A stretch of 64,000 bases of DNA from a bacterium (GTDB lineage: Bacteria > Zhuqueibacterota > Zhuqueibacteria > Oceanimicrobiales > Oceanimicrobiaceae), in assembly GCA_037446635.1 (NCBI GenBank), contig JBBIIG010000006.1, forward strand, positions 1 to 64,000, read 5' to 3'. This document shows, piece by piece, positions 49,633-61,900 of this stretch; positions within the stretch are counted from its first letter, which is position 1, and the number at the start of each line of letters is the position of its first letter. Position numbers and translations under genes: made by a program. Below the pieces are notes generated by a model that saw nothing but the letters and a program-made list of their open reading frames with translations, did not search any database and was not told the origin of the DNA.

Positions 49633-50880
49633 GTGGCCGAGAGAGATTACAAAGATCAAATCATCACCTGTTCCTTCTGCCGGAAAAATTCCAACCAGGT
49701 GGATTGCATTGTCACCGGGCCGGACGTGTTCATCTGCAACGAATGCGTCAAAAGCGCCAGCGACATCATCAAAGACGACGCCGTGCGCCGCGGCAAATCG
49801 TTTCGCGATCAGGAATTTTTACCAGCGGATATCAAGCAAGCGCTGGATGATTACGTCATCGGCCAGGAGGTCGCCAAAAAAAATCTCGCGGTGGCGGTGT
49901 ACAATCATTATAAGCGCGTCCGCTCCGCCAGCGCCTTCGATGACGTCGAAATCGAAAAGAGCAACATCCTGCTCATCGGCCCCACCGGCACCGGCAAAAC
50001 TCTGTTGGCGCAAACGCTGGCGCGCTTTCTCCACGTGCCCTTCACCATCGCCGACGCCACCACCCTCACTGAAGCTGGCTACGTCGGCGAGGACGTGGAA
50101 AATATTTTGGTGCGGCTGCTGCAAGCCGCCGATTACGATTTGGAAAAGGCGGAGCGCGGGATCATTTACATCGATGAGATCGATAAAATCTCCCGCAAAG
50201 ACGGCAACCCCTCCATCACCCGCGATGTTTCCGGCGAGGGCGTGCAGCAGGCGCTGCTGAAAATGTTAGAGGGCACGGTGGCGGCGGTGCCTCCCAAAGG
50301 TGGGCGCAAACATCCGGAGCAAAATCTCATCAATATCAATACCAAAAATATTTTATTCATTTGCGGCGGCGCTTTCATCGGTCTCGACAAAATCATCAGC
50401 GGCCGGCTGGGCAAGCGCAACATCGGTTTTGGCGCCGATCTCGGCAAGTCTCGTTTAGACGACAAGGGCAACGTCCTGCGCCACGTGGAGCCGGAAGATT
50501 TGCTGAAATTCGGATTGATACCGGAATTTGTCGGCCGTCTGCCCATCGTCGCGGTTTTGGACGACCTGAACGAAGACGCCTTGCTCGATATTTTAGTGAA
50601 GCCCAAGAACGCGCTCACCAAGCAATACAAGCGCCTGTTCGAGATGGACGATGTGGAGCTGGAGATTGAGCAGGACGCCCTGACGACGATCGTGAAGCTG
50701 GCGAAAAAGCGCGGCGCCGGCGCGCGCGGACTGCGCGCCATTTTCGAGGACATCATGCTCGACCTGATGTACGACATCCCCTCTCGCCGAGATATCAAAC
50801 AATGTATTCTTACCAAAGATTTTGTCTTGAAAAAAGCCCCGCCCAGTTACGATTATAAACAGGTCAAGAAAAGCGCTTAG
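49633..50880 (+). CDS. clpX: ATP-dependent Clp protease ATP-binding subunit
   Basis: CSFC...CNEC zinc finger, [25 protein letters not shown] loop. Confidence 0.98.
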   Translation: MAERDYKDQIITCSFCRKNSNQVDCIVTGPDVFICNECVKSASDIIKDDAVRRGKSFRDQEFLPADIKQALDDYVIGQEVAKKNLAVAVYNHYKRVRSASAFDDVEIEKSNILLIGPTGTGKTLLAQTLARFLHVPFTIADATTLTEAGYVGEDVENILVRLLQAADYDLEKAERGIIYIDEIDKISRKDGNPSITRDVSGEGVQQALLKMLEGTVAAVPPKGGRKHPEQNLININTKNILFICGGAFIGLDKIISGRLGKRNIGFGADLGKSRLDDKGNVLRHVEPEDLLKFGLIPEFVGRLPIVAVLDDLNEDALLDILVKPKNALTKQYKRLFEMDDVELEIEQDALTTIVKLAKKRGAGARGLRAIFEDIMLDLMYDIPSRRDIKQCILTKDFVLKKAPPSYDYKQVKKSA

Positions 50881-50943
50881 TCGATCCGCAGCTCTGTCTG
50901 CTTCGCGGGCGGAGAAATTCTAATTTTCAAAATCAAAAAAAAT

Positions 50944-53286
50944 ATGCAAAGAGTCATCCGCGATGGCGTGGGCATCGAAATCAACAGCCGTTTGCCCGTG
51001 CTGCCTATGAAGGAAGTGATCGTCTTCCCGTATATGATTTATCCTCTGCTGGTGGGCCGGGAATCCTCCATTAGAACCATTGAAGAAGCCATGATGCTGG
51101 GCCGGCTGATTTTTTTGGCGGCGCAAAAAGACATGGCGGTGGATAATCCCTCCCGCGACGATTTATATAAAGTGGGCGTGGTGGCGCGCATTTTACAAGT
51201 GTTGAAGCTCCCGAACGGCCTGATGAAAGTGCTGGTGGAAGGCGTCGTGCGCGCCAGGATCAGCCGCTACCTCGCCGCCGAAGGCCACCTGCAGGCGCGC
51301 GTCGAAGTCATTGGCGATGACGACGCTTTCACTCCGAAAGTGAAAGCCAAAATGCGGCGCGTGATCGATTTGTTCAAAAACTATGTGCGCCTCAACCGCA
51401 ATATCCCCGATGAAATTTTGTTGAGCCTCGACAGCTTCGAGCACCCGCAGCGCTTCGCCGATTTTGTGGCGGCGCACATGCAGTGCAGCCTGAAAGTCAA
51501 ACAGAAAATCCTTGAAACCGCCGCCGTCGATGATGAGCTGGGCGCGCTCATCGAGCTGCTGGAATCGGAGATGGAAATTTTAGAATTGGAAAGAGATTTG
51601 GAAGACAAGGTGCGCAACCGCATCCAAAAATCTCAGCGCAATCTTTATCTGCAAGAACAGATGCGCACGATTCAGGAAGAGTTGGGTGAAGACGGCGAAT
51701 ACAACGGCGAGATCGCCTTTTTAAGCGAGAAGATTCGCAAGGCGCGCATGCCGAAGGAGGTCGAAGAGAAGGCGTACGAAGAATTGGACAAGCTGCGTTC
51801 CACGCCGCCTTTTTCTCCGGAATCTACCGTGATCCGCAATTACCTCGATTGGCTGCTGGCGGCGCCTTGGTTCAAAAAAACCAAAGACAATATCGATATC
51901 CAGGTCGCCCAACGAATTTTGGATGAAGACCATTTTGGCCTCAAAAAACCCAAGGAGCGCATCCTCGAACATCTCGCGGTTTTGAAGTTAGTAAAAAACA
52001 TGCGCGGTCCAATCCTGTGTTTCGTTGGGCCGCCGGGCGTGGGCAAAACCTCGCTGGCGCGATCGGTGGCGCGGGCGATGGGGCGAAATTTCGTGCGCGT
52101 GTCTTTGGGCGGCGTCCGCGACGAAGCCGAGATTCGCGGCCACCGCCGCACTTACATCGGCTCCATGCCGGGAAAAATTATTCAAAGCATGAAGCGCGCC
52201 CAAACCATCAACCCGGTTTTTCTGCTGGACGAGGTGGACAAGATGAGCATGGACTTTCGCGGCGACCCCTCGGCGGCGCTGCTGGAAGTTTTGGACCCGG
52301 AACAGAACCGCGCCTTCAACGATCACTACCTCGAAGTGGATTACAATCTGTCGCAGGTTTTTTTCATCACCACCGCCAACCTGCAAAGCCAGATTCCGGA
52401 ACCGCTGCAGGATCGCATGGAGATCATCAATCTGCCCGGCTATCTCGAGCACGAAAAATTGGAAATCGCCAAGGATTTTTTGATCCCAAAACTTTTTAAG
52501 CAACATGGTTTAAAGAAAAAGTTTTTGAAACTTGATGACGCCGCCATTTTGCACATCATCCGCGAGTACACCCGTGAGGCCGGTGTCCGTAATTTGGAGC
52601 GCGAGCTTTCGGCGGTCTGCCGCAAAGTGGCGCGGGAAATTGTCAGCAGCGGCGTCAACAGCGGCTTCGTTATTGACATTGATAAGGTTGAGAAGTACCT
52701 CGGCGTTCCAAAATTCCCGGAACGCCAGCGGATTGAGGGCGACTTAATTGGGTCGGCGCTGGGACTGGCGTGGACCCGCTACGGCGGCGAGATTCTGCAA
52801 ATCGAAGTCAATGTGATGAAGGGCAAGGGCAACCTCTCGCTCACCGGCAAATTAGGCGACGTGATGAAGGAATCGGCGCGCGCGGCTTATTCTTACATTC
52901 GCGCCAACGCCAAAAATTTAGGAATTCAATCCGAATTTTGGAAGAGCAGCGACATTCACATTCACGTGCCGGAAGGCGCCACTCCCAAAGACGGGCCGTC
53001 GGCGGGGGTGACCATCGCGGTGGCGCTGGCGTCGGCGCTGGCGACCCGGCCGGTCAGAAAAGATGTGGCCATGACAGGTGAAATTACCCTGCGCGGCCAT
53101 GTGCTGGCGATTGGCGGGCTGAATGAAAAACTGCTGGCGGCGCAGCGCTACGGCATCAAAACCGTGATCATACCGGAAGAAAACGCCAAAGAGCTGGACG
53201 AAATCCCGAAGGAAGTCAAGCAGGGTTTGAAAATTGTGACGGCACAAAACATGGCGCAGGTGTTTAAGGAAACGTTTGATTTATGA
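50944..53286 (+). CDS. lon: Lon protease
   Basis: [26 protein letters not shown]. Confidence 0.98.
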   Translation: MQRVIRDGVGIEINSRLPVLPMKEVIVFPYMIYPLLVGRESSIRTIEEAMMLGRLIFLAAQKDMAVDNPSRDDLYKVGVVARILQVLKLPNGLMKVLVEGVVRARISRYLAAEGHLQARVEVIGDDDAFTPKVKAKMRRVIDLFKNYVRLNRNIPDEILLSLDSFEHPQRFADFVAAHMQCSLKVKQKILETAAVDDELGALIELLESEMEILELERDLEDKVRNRIQKSQRNLYLQEQMRTIQEELGEDGEYNGEIAFLSEKIRKARMPKEVEEKAYEELDKLRSTPPFSPESTVIRNYLDWLLAAPWFKKTKDNIDIQVAQRILDEDHFGLKKPKERILEHLAVLKLVKNMRGPILCFVGPPGVGKTSLARSVARAMGRNFVRVSLGGVRDEAEIRGHRRTYIGSMPGKIIQSMKRAQTINPVFLLDEVDKMSMDFRGDPSAALLEVLDPEQNRAFNDHYLEVDYNLSQVFFITTANLQSQIPEPLQDRMEIINLPGYLEHEKLEIAKDFLIPKLFKQHGLKKKFLKLDDAAILHIIREYTREAGVRNLERELSAVCRKVAREIVSSGVNSGFVIDIDKVEKYLGVPKFPERQRIEGDLIGSALGLAWTRYGGEILQIEVNVMKGKGNLSLTGKLGDVMKESARAAYSYIRANAKNLGIQSEFWKSSDIHIHVPEGATPKDGPSAGVTIAVALASALATRPVRKDVAMTGEITLRGHVLAIGGLNEKLLAAQRYGIKTVIIPEENAKELDEIPKEVKQGLKIVTAQNMAQVFKETFDL

Positions 53287-53328
53287 TGTCGGATTTTACA
53301 GGCGTGCTTATTTTAGGGAGGTACTTTT

Positions 53329-54363
53329 ATGAAACGGTCAACGGTTTTTGCGATTTGGCTTCTCTCAAGCTTGGCCTGTGAGCATACAACCCAACCTTCA
53401 TCTGATTCTGGCCCTTTAATAGCCTTTGTAACCGACAGAAATAATCCCTCACCGCACGAGGGACCGACCGGAATGCTGGATATTTACACGATGCGCTCCG
53501 ATGGCAGTCATCAATTGAACTTAACAAGCAGTGACGCCAACGATGCGGATCCCTGTTTCTCCAGCGACGGTTCTCGAATCGTTTTTCGTTCGGACAGAAG
53601 CGGTAATAGCTCAATCTATGTTATGAATGTTGATGGCAGCAACTTGAGGCGACTCACGGCCGATACAGGAGTGATTGATACGAAACCCCGATTCTCTCCC
53701 GACGATTCCCGAATTGCCTTCGTTAGAATTTCGGGGGTTTCTGAAATTGTGCTCGTGAACGCTGAGGGAGTGCCCTATCAAACCAGCCTGGTCTCTGGGC
53801 AGTCGTTTGATGGACCCCTATTTTCACCGGATGGTTCTCAATTAGCCTATGCCGCATTTGTTGACGATAACTACGAGATCTTTGTGATCGAGACTCAAGG
53901 AGGGCCGCCGAAGCGATTGACGAACAATGCTTCTTTTGATGCTTTGGGTGAATTCTCACCCGACGGCTCAAAAATCTGTTTTTTCTCGGACAGAGACGGG
54001 CAATCCCAAATTTACATCATGGATGCTGACGGTGGAAATCAGAAAAATTTGTCCAACAGCTTTACGACTGATCTGGGGCCATGTTTTTCTCCCGACGGCA
54101 CGCAGATACTTTTCGATCGCGATTTAGATCATCGCGATATTTACGTAATGGATTTAGACGGTGGCAACCAAGTAAACTTAACCAATGGCAATTCATCGAA
54201 TGCTGGGGCCAGATTCTCCCCCGACGGAAGAAAGATCGTTTTTGGCACGAATCGAGACGGGAATTACGAAGTGTACTTGATGAACAGAGACGGCAGCAAT
54301 CAGAGGAATTTAACGAATTCTCCGGGGGTAGACGGCGGCGCCCTTTTTCAACCCACAAGTTGA
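53329..54363 (+). CDS. TolB-like PD40-repeat lipoprotein
   Basis: Lipobox LSSLAC; about six FSPDG..I.F / IY.M..DG.NQ.NLT repeats. Confidence 0.9.
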   Translation: MKRSTVFAIWLLSSLACEHTTQPSSDSGPLIAFVTDRNNPSPHEGPTGMLDIYTMRSDGSHQLNLTSSDANDADPCFSSDGSRIVFRSDRSGNSSIYVMNVDGSNLRRLTADTGVIDTKPRFSPDDSRIAFVRISGVSEIVLVNAEGVPYQTSLVSGQSFDGPLFSPDGSQLAYAAFVDDNYEIFVIETQGGPPKRLTNNASFDALGEFSPDGSKICFFSDRDGQSQIYIMDADGGNQKNLSNSFTTDLGPCFSPDGTQILFDRDLDHRDIYVMDLDGGNQVNLTNGNSSNAGARFSPDGRKIVFGTNRDGNYEVYLMNRDGSNQRNLTNSPGVDGGALFQPTS

Positions 54364-54378
54364 TGATCTGAAAGTGCG

Positions 54379-54963
54379 ATGACGATCACCTCAGTCGAGT
54401 TTGTTAAAAGTGTCGTGAGCATAAAAGAGATCCCGAAAGAGAATCTACAGGAAATTGCCATTTCTGGAAGATCAAATGTTGGCAAATCCAGTCTCATTAA
54501 CTGTCTGCTCAACCGTAAAAAGCTGGCCAAAACCAGCTCCACCCCGGGGAAGACCCGGCAATTGAATTACTTTCGCATCAACAATCAATTTTTTCTGGTG
54601 GATTTGCCGGGCTACGGATTTGCTAAAGTCGCCAAATCTGAGATGCAGCAGTGGCGAAACCTGATTGAGAGTTACATCAAAACCAGCCGCAATTTGAAAG
54701 GCGTGGTGGCGCTCATCGACAGCCGCATCGGTCCGACCCCGTTAGATTTGCAGTTGCTGGAATGGCTCAGCAGTTTGAAGATGCCCATGATTCTCGTCGC
54801 CACCAAAGCGGACAAACTTTCAAAGGGGAAGCTCAAAAGCCAGGTCGCCGCCTGCGCAAAACAGGTTGCGCCGTACTATAATAAAACCATCATTCCGTTT
54901 TCGGTTACCAACGGTTTGGGCAAAGCGGAGTTGTGGAAAGAAATGTTATCCTTAATGGAGTAA
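54379..54963 (+). CDS. engB: Ribosome biogenesis GTPase YihA/YsxC
   Basis: GRSNVGKSSLIN, SSTPGKT, DLPGYG, TKADK. Confidence 0.97.
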   Translation: MTITSVEFVKSVVSIKEIPKENLQEIAISGRSNVGKSSLINCLLNRKKLAKTSSTPGKTRQLNYFRINNQFFLVDLPGYGFAKVAKSEMQQWRNLIESYIKTSRNLKGVVALIDSRIGPTPLDLQLLEWLSSLKMPMILVATKADKLSKGKLKSQVAACAKQVAPYYNKTIIPFSVTNGLGKAELWKEMLSLME

Positions 54964-54967
54964 AATT

Positions 54968-56116
54968 ATGCGAGCAAGATTGTTTACCCCTGGCCCCACG
55001 CAGGTGCCGGAGCGCGTGCAAGTGGCCATGTCCAACCCCATCATGCACCATCGCGGGCCGGCCTTCCAGGAGATTCTCAAGGAGGTGGTCGAGGGGCTCA
55101 AATATTTTTTTCAAACCAAAGGTGACGTGCTGACGTTCACCTCATCCGGCACAGGCGCTATGGAGGCGAGCGTGGTGAATTTGCTGTCGAAAGGCGACCC
55201 GGTGTTAACCGTGGCCGGTGGTAAATTCGGCGAGCGCTGGGGGCAGTTGTGCCAGACCTTTGGCGCCGAAACCCATGTGATGGAGGTGCCCTGGGGCGAA
55301 GCCGTCAACCCGGATGATATCAAGCGATTTTTGCAGAATCATCCGGAAATCGTTGCGGTGTTTATTACTCACAGCGAAACTTCCACGGGAGTCGCCGCTG
55401 ATTTGAAGACGATCGCCGAAGTGGTGCGCCAGCATTCCAACGCCCTCTTGGTGGTGGACGCTATCACCTCGGCCGGCGTGCTGCCCTTCAAAATGGACGA
55501 GTGGGGCATCGACGCGGCGGTGACCGGCTCGCAAAAAGGTTTAATGATTCCGCCCGGCCTGGCTTCGGTGGCCATTAATCAACGAGCCTGGGGGCGCGTG
55601 CAGCGCTCGAATTTGCCCAAATTCTATTTTGATTTTAAGAAAGAAAAAGCGTCGCTGGAAAAGAACGCCACCGCCTGGACGCCGGCGATTACCTTGTTCA
55701 TGGGCTTGCGGGAAGCGCTGGCGATGATTCGCGAAAACGGCTTGCAAAAAATGTGGGAAAAGTACGCCCTGCTGGCGGAAGCCACCCGCCGCGGCGTAAC
55801 CGCGATGGGTTTGGAATTATTTGCCAAAGCGCCCTCGGATTCCCTGACCGCGGTGAAAGTCCCGGAGTCCATCGATGGGGCAAAATTTGTGCGCCACCTG
55901 CGGGAAAAGTACGGCATCACCGTGGCCGGCGGCCAGGGTCACCTCAAAGGCAAAATTTTTCGCATCGCCCACATGGGCTATTACGATTCGCTGGACATGG
56001 TGGCGATGGCCTCGGCGCTGGAGATGACGCTGTCGGATTTCGGCTGGGAATTCGAGCACGGCGCCGGTGTATATACCGTGCAGAATATTTTCATGAAAAA
56101 TAATTTGCGCATGTGA
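54968..56116 (+). CDS. Class V aminotransferase (alanine/serine-glyoxylate family)
   Basis: LFTPGPT, SGTGAMEA, HSETSTG, VDAITS, GSQKGLMIPPG, FRIAHMG. Confidence 0.95.
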   Translation: MRARLFTPGPTQVPERVQVAMSNPIMHHRGPAFQEILKEVVEGLKYFFQTKGDVLTFTSSGTGAMEASVVNLLSKGDPVLTVAGGKFGERWGQLCQTFGAETHVMEVPWGEAVNPDDIKRFLQNHPEIVAVFITHSETSTGVAADLKTIAEVVRQHSNALLVVDAITSAGVLPFKMDEWGIDAAVTGSQKGLMIPPGLASVAINQRAWGRVQRSNLPKFYFDFKKEKASLEKNATAWTPAITLFMGLREALAMIRENGLQKMWEKYALLAEATRRGVTAMGLELFAKAPSDSLTAVKVPESIDGAKFVRHLREKYGITVAGGQGHLKGKIFRIAHMGYYDSLDMVAMASALEMTLSDFGWEFEHGAGVYTVQNIFMKNNLRM

Positions 56117-56119
56117 TCG

Positions 56120-57079
56120 ATGGCCATGAAGATTTTGATCGCCGATCACGTTGACGGCTGCTGCGGCGAGCTTTTGCGCGCCCGCGGATTTGAGGTGGAG
56201 GAATCTGCCAGTGCCAATTCAGATCAGCTTCTCGAAAAAATCGCGGCCGCCGACGGGCTGATTGTCCGCAGCGCCACCAAAGTTACCGCGCAACTGCTGG
56301 CTTTGGCGCCCAAGTTGAAGGTCATCGGTCGCGCTGGCGCCGGCGTCGATAACATCGATGTGGCGGCGGCGGCGCAGCGGGGCATTGCGGTGTTTAACGC
56401 GGCTGCGGCCAACACCATCTCCGCCGCCGAGCACACGCTGGCGTTGATGCTGGCGTTGGCGCGCCAGCTCCCGCGCGCGCATGTTTCATTAACCCAGGGC
56501 AAATGGAATCGCGCCGAATTTCAGGGCGTCGAATTGGCGGGCAAGATTTTGGGCATCATCGGCTTGGGCAGAATCGGCCGCGAAGTGGCGGCGCGCGCGC
56601 AGGCGTTCGGCATGACCGTGATTGCTTATGATCCGTTGATTTCGGCGGAGGTGTTTGCGGCGGCCGGCGTTGAAGCTTCGACGTTCGAGAATTTGATGCG
56701 CCGCAGCGATTTCATCTCCATTCACGCACCGTTCACTAGCGACACCCAATATTTGATCGGCGAAGAGCAGCTCAAAATCTGCAAACCGAACGTGCGTTTG
56801 ATTAACACCGCGCGCGGTGGGATCATCGACGAGCAGGCGTTGTGGCGGGCGCTGCAGGAGGGGCGGGTCGCCGGCGCCGCCCTCGACGTTTTTGAAAACG
56901 AGCCGCCGGGGGATCTGCCGTTATTGAGATTGCCCAACGTCGTCGCCACCCCGCATTTAGGCGCCAGCACCGTGGAAGCCCAGCGCCGGGTGGCGGAGGA
57001 GATCGCGGGTGCCGTGGCCGATTTCCTTTTGAATAAAAAAATCGAGAATGCTGTTAATCCCGATGGGTTGGAGACATAA
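56120..57079 (+). CDS. D-3-phosphoglycerate dehydrogenase-like D-2-hydroxyacid dehydrogenase without an ACT domain
   Basis: VRSATKV, GRAGAGVDNID, GLGRIG, NTARGG, TPHLGASTVEAQ. Confidence 0.9.
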   Translation: MAMKILIADHVDGCCGELLRARGFEVEESASANSDQLLEKIAAADGLIVRSATKVTAQLLALAPKLKVIGRAGAGVDNIDVAAAAQRGIAVFNAAAANTISAAEHTLALMLALARQLPRAHVSLTQGKWNRAEFQGVELAGKILGIIGLGRIGREVAARAQAFGMTVIAYDPLISAEVFAAAGVEASTFENLMRRSDFISIHAPFTSDTQYLIGEEQLKICKPNVRLINTARGGIIDEQALWRALQEGRVAGAALDVFENEPPGDLPLLRLPNVVATPHLGASTVEAQRRVAEEIAGAVADFLLNKKIENAVNPDGLET

Positions 57080-57087
57080 GAACGAAC

Positions 57088-58455
57088 ATGGCAAAAATCC
57101 TAATTGTCGAAGATGATCGCAACACCCTGAGCGGGCTGATGGATATTTTGAGCCAGGAGGGCTACGAAGTCGAGGGGATGGAAACTCCCCGCAAAGCGCT
57201 CAAGGCCCTGCAAAAAGATTCGTTCGATATCATGCTCACGGATTTAAAAATGTCAGAAATGAGCGGGATGGAACTGTTTGAGCGCTCGCTGCCGATGGCG
57301 CCGGAAATGCGCACCATCGTCATGACGGCGTACAGCTCAGTGAAAGACGCCGTGGAAGCGATGAAAAAAGGCGTGTACGAATATCTCACCAAGCCGTTGG
57401 ATTTAGATGAGCTGTTCGTCATTCTTGAAAAGGCGATTGGCGAGCAAAAGCTGCAGCGCGAAAATCTCGAGCTGAAAAAACAAGTCAAGTCGGCTTACAG
57501 CTTTCACAGCATTGTGGGCGCCAGCCCGCTCATGCAGCGGATTTTCAGCACCATCACCAAAGTCGCCAAAACGCAATCGACGGTTTTGATTCGCGGCGAA
57601 AGCGGCACCGGCAAAGAACTGGTGGCGCGGGCAATTCATTATAACAGTCCTAGAATGAACAAACCGTTGGTGGAAATTAGCTGCGCTTCGTTCCCGGAGA
57701 CGCTTTTGGAGAGCGAGCTGTTTGGTTATGAAAGGGGCGCCTTCACTGGCGCCGAGGGCCGCAAGAAAGGCCGCTTTGAATTGGCGCACGGCGGCACCAT
57801 TTTTCTTGACGAAATTGGCGACATTTCCGAAAGCGTGCAAACCAAATTGCTGCGGGTGCTGCAGGAAAAAAAGATCACCCGTTTGGGCGGAACCGAAACC
57901 ATCAACGTTGATGTGCGGTTAATCACCGCCACCAATCGCGACCTTGAGAAGGCCATGAGCGAAAACAAATTCCGCGAGGATTTGTACTACCGCTTGAACG
58001 TCATCCCAATTGTGCTGCCGCCGCTGCGGGAACGCAAGGAAGATATCCCGCTGCTGATCGAGCATTTTATCAAGAAGTATAGTCTCGAAAACAAGATTCC
58101 GGCGCCGCGGCTGTCGGACTCGGCTTTGAAAAAATGTTTGGAATACGATTGGCCCGGCAACGTCCGCGAGTTGGAGAACGCCATCGAAAACGCCATCGTT
58201 TTGGGAGAAGGCGGCGTCATTCTTCCCGATCACCTGCCATTTGGTATGCTGCTCAACAAGCCGGCGGTCGGGAACCGCAAGCTGGATTTTTTGAAAAACT
58301 CCGGCAAAAGCTTTAAGGAAAAAGTTGAGGCGGCGGAGCGATTGATTTTGCATGAAGCCATCGACGAGGCCGGCGGCAACAAATCGGAGGCGGCCAAAAA
58401 GCTGGACATTAGTTTGCGCACCATGAGATACAAAATCAAAAAATATCGCTTGTAG
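57088..58455 (+). CDS. Sigma54-dependent response regulator (NtrC family)
   Basis: Receiver (TDLKM); GESGTGKE; ESELFGYERGAFTGA; WPGNVREL; HTH. Confidence 0.97.
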   Translation: MAKILIVEDDRNTLSGLMDILSQEGYEVEGMETPRKALKALQKDSFDIMLTDLKMSEMSGMELFERSLPMAPEMRTIVMTAYSSVKDAVEAMKKGVYEYLTKPLDLDELFVILEKAIGEQKLQRENLELKKQVKSAYSFHSIVGASPLMQRIFSTITKVAKTQSTVLIRGESGTGKELVARAIHYNSPRMNKPLVEISCASFPETLLESELFGYERGAFTGAEGRKKGRFELAHGGTIFLDEIGDISESVQTKLLRVLQEKKITRLGGTETINVDVRLITATNRDLEKAMSENKFREDLYYRLNVIPIVLPPLRERKEDIPLLIEHFIKKYSLENKIPAPRLSDSALKKCLEYDWPGNVRELENAIENAIVLGEGGVILPDHLPFGMLLNKPAVGNRKLDFLKNSGKSFKEKVEAAERLILHEAIDEAGGNKSEAAKKLDISLRTMRYKIKKYRL

Positions 58456-58522
58456 TTTTCTCACCAAATTATTTATCACCTGGTAGCCCTTCTTCTGGCA
58501 ATTGAGTTGAAGTTGAGTTCTG

Positions 58523-58559
58523 TGCAAAAATCTGCAGTGCGAAGGTGAAAAATCTTGCA
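58523..58559 (+). promoter_or_regulatory. Candidate enhancer-binding-protein sites
   Basis: TGCA-AAAATC-TGCA and TGAAAAATCTTGCA, 110-150 bp upstream of a sigma54 motif. Confidence 0.4.
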
Positions 58560-58668
58560 TCTTTGCGTGGCCGTCAACTTTGGGTACCAAGATTGTGCAA
58601 AGATTAAGTTGTTTAAAATATTGGTAGGTAGGTCGGTCATTTTTTAAGCCATTTATTTCTGGTCTGGT

Positions 58669-58683
58669 TGGCATAGTCTTTGC
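58669..58683 (+). promoter_or_regulatory. Sigma54 promoter of the TonB-dependent receptor operon
   Basis: TGGCAT-AGTCT-TTGC. Confidence 0.7.
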
Positions 58684-58908
58684 GAAAGACCCCCATCGCT
58701 AAAAGAGGTTCATTTCTGTTTTTTTCTTTTCTTTTTTCATCTCTGTTTTTTGATGTCAATCTTATAAAAAACCCGGAGGGAGGTGAACCAATCAGAAATC
58801 AGTTTAGCTTTAAGCTGTATCAGAATTGTCATTCTGGGAGGAGTAGTACCACGGTCTTACTACTTTCGGAAGAGTAATTATTAAATTACTTTTTAAGGAG
58901 ATTTAAGA

Positions 58909-61900
58909 ATGAAGCAAAAACTGTTTATAGTTGTCGTCGCCGTGCTCGTTTTACCTGCCCTGCTTTATGCTCAAACGGGTAAAATCCGGGGTAAGGTCAC
59001 CGACCGTGAAACCGGCGATGCTTTGCCGGGCGCCAACGTGGTGGTGGTCGGTACCTCGTTAGGAGCGGCGACCGACGTGTCGGGTGAATATGTAATTCTC
59101 AACGTTCCGGTTGGCACCTATGCCGTGAAAGCGGCCTATATAGGTTATCGGGATGTGACAATTGAGAACATTCGAGTTAATTCCGATTTAACCACGGAGG
59201 TAGAATTTGGTTTGCCGAGCGAGGCCATCGAAGTTAGCGAGATCAGCATCGTTGCGGAGCGGCCTCTGGTAAACAAAAATGCCACCAATGCCGTGCGTAT
59301 TCAAGGCTACGAAGAAATTAAGAATCTCCCGGTGCGAGGCGTTAATGCCGCCATCGCGCTGCAGCCGGGAGTGGTGGTGCAGGATGGGATTACTTATATC
59401 CGCGGCGGCCGGCGCGATGAAGTGGGCTACTTTTTGGAGGGCGCCAATGTGCGCGACGCGGATACGGGTAACCCCTCTATTACTGTTATTCCCGAAGCGT
59501 TGGAAGAGTTTCAAATTCAAGCTGGCGGCTACACCGCCGAATTTGGCGGCGCCAACGCCGGCATTATTCGTACCAACCTGAAATCGGGCGGCCCGGATTA
59601 TCACTTCGTGTTGCAGGGCGAGACCGACGACTTTGCCGGCCACGGCGACAAATTTCTTGACACCTTCTCTTACGGCTATCGCGATTTTACCGCAACAGTC
59701 AGTGGCCCGGTCCCTGGTTTCGGCAAGAACCTGAGATTCTTCTTGGCCGGCCAGCGGGTTTTGGAAACCGATCGCATTGCCCGCTTTTTTAACGGCTTTA
59801 ATTTCCAACATTCTGAAACGGTAAATATCCCCGAGGGCCAGGTAGGAGTCGGCAGCTTTCCACTGATCCTGGAACAAAACCGCGACCCGGATTTGGAGGC
59901 CTTAATTCAGGAAAGAGGCCTCGTGATGTCTGACGGCAATGTCCCCGACTCGGATCGCGAGCAGTGGATTGCTAACGGCACCCTGGTTTACGACGCCAAG
60001 CCTTTCATTTTCCGTTTGGGCGGCTCGTACTCCTGGCGCAAACAAACTGAAGTGCCGGTGAATTTCGTTGGCAAGATTTTTAATACCGTTCGCAACGAAC
60101 AAGAGGAATTAAAAACCGGTCTGCTGAACCTGAAGGTCACCCACTTGCTCACCTCGCGTTCTTTTTATGAAGTCAACCTCAACGTGTTCCAACGCAAAGA
60201 AGATTCTTACGATTCCATCCTTAAGGACGACTTTTTAGCTTACTGGGACAGCACCGCCAACGCCGCTCACGGCATCCAGTTTTTCTCCCGCAACAGCCCG
60301 TGGCGTGGCGGCACCAATTTCATGGAAATTTATGGCTTTGATTTCGAGGCCCCGGGCTCGCCTATCAACTCCGATTTTACTAAAGCGCGGCGCAGTTATA
60401 TCGGCGGCTCGTTTGCCTTCACCACTCAGACGCGGCAGCATGAATTGAAGTTAGGGGTGTCTTACGAGCGTTGGACCGCGCGCAACTACGATGTCAGCGA
60501 ACGCGCCATGCTGGTGGGAATTCAGGCTAACCCGGATCTGGAAGCGCGCGCTCGCGCTGGCGATCCGGAAGCGCTGGGACAATTGCGAGTGTTGGCCGGC
60601 GCTCCCATGCGGCTAACCTATGGCTATGATGTGTTTGGAAACGAAATCGATGGCCCGAAGCCGGATGGACCGCGGCATCCCAAGTACTTCTCGGCTTACG
60701 TTCAGGACAAGTTCGAGTTGTCTGACCTGGTCATCAACGCCGGTGTCCGAATCGATGTCATCGACAACGATGACATCACTTTCCCGGATCCCACCAATCC
60801 ACCCTGGGACCAGAGCATTTTTGGGCTGGACGCCTCCCAGCTTCAAGAGAAGGACGCTGATGTCGAAATCAGCCCGCGTTTAGGCTTTGCCTTCCCGGTG
60901 ACCGACCGCACGGTATTTCACCTGCAATACGGCAGATTCGTGCAGGCCCCGCGCTTGACCGATCTTTACAACGGCAACGCCTGGTATGACGCAATTTTTA
61001 CCGGCGGTACATCGTTCCAAACCAACGTGGTTGGCATCGGCTTAAAGCCGGAAGTCACCACCCAGTATGAGGTGGGCTTCAGCCAGCAATTTACGGATAA
61101 CGCCGCGTTTGATGTCACCGCGTTTTACAAAAATATCCGCGATCAAATTCAAGTCTCCCGCGTGATCACTCAGCCAACTTCTGCGGCGCGGCCCTATAAT
61201 GTTTTAGTTAACGGCGACTTTGCCACCACCTCCGGGGTGGAGTTGTCCTTGACCCTGCGGCGCACCGCTCGCACCGCGGCCCAAATCAATTATACCTTCT
61301 CGAGATCGTTGGGCACCGGTTCCATTCCGAACAGCGCCATCGCCAATATCGAGTTGAGTCAGAACACGCCGACTGTGATTTCGCCATTGGATTTCCATCG
61401 CCCGCACCGCGGTTCGTTCAATATCGATTACCGCTTTGGGCGCGGCGACGGCGGCCCCATTCTGGAAAACTTGGGCGCCAATCTTCTGCTGACCTTCAGC
61501 AGCGGCCATCCCTACACCAGAGCTTCGGGTTCGTTTGGCCAGCAGGATGAATCGTTTGGCGGCGTCATCACCGACCCGCGCTCGCGTTTTCCGCAAGAGA
61601 ATATCAACGCCTCCCTCACGCCCTGGAACTGGCAGATCAACTTGCGGGTGGACAAAACCATCAACTTTGGCAGATTTAACACCAACTTCTATATTTACAT
61701 TCAGAATCTCACCAATCGCCGCAACGTGATTAATGTTTATAACCGCACCGGCAACGCCTACGACGACGGCTTCTTTGTTATTGACGAGGCGCCTTCCATC
61801 ATTGCCGCTCACGGCGGTGATCCATTTGTTGCGCTCTACCGTGCCATTAACTTGAATGGCAATGGTCTCAACTTCAACCGCGGCGAGGGCAACGAATTTG

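Noticed and set aside
58680..58877. 65-aa ORF or leader peptide before the TonB receptor
   Set aside because: It starts inside the sigma54 motif and has no SD; the alternative GTG at 58783 has poor SD spacing
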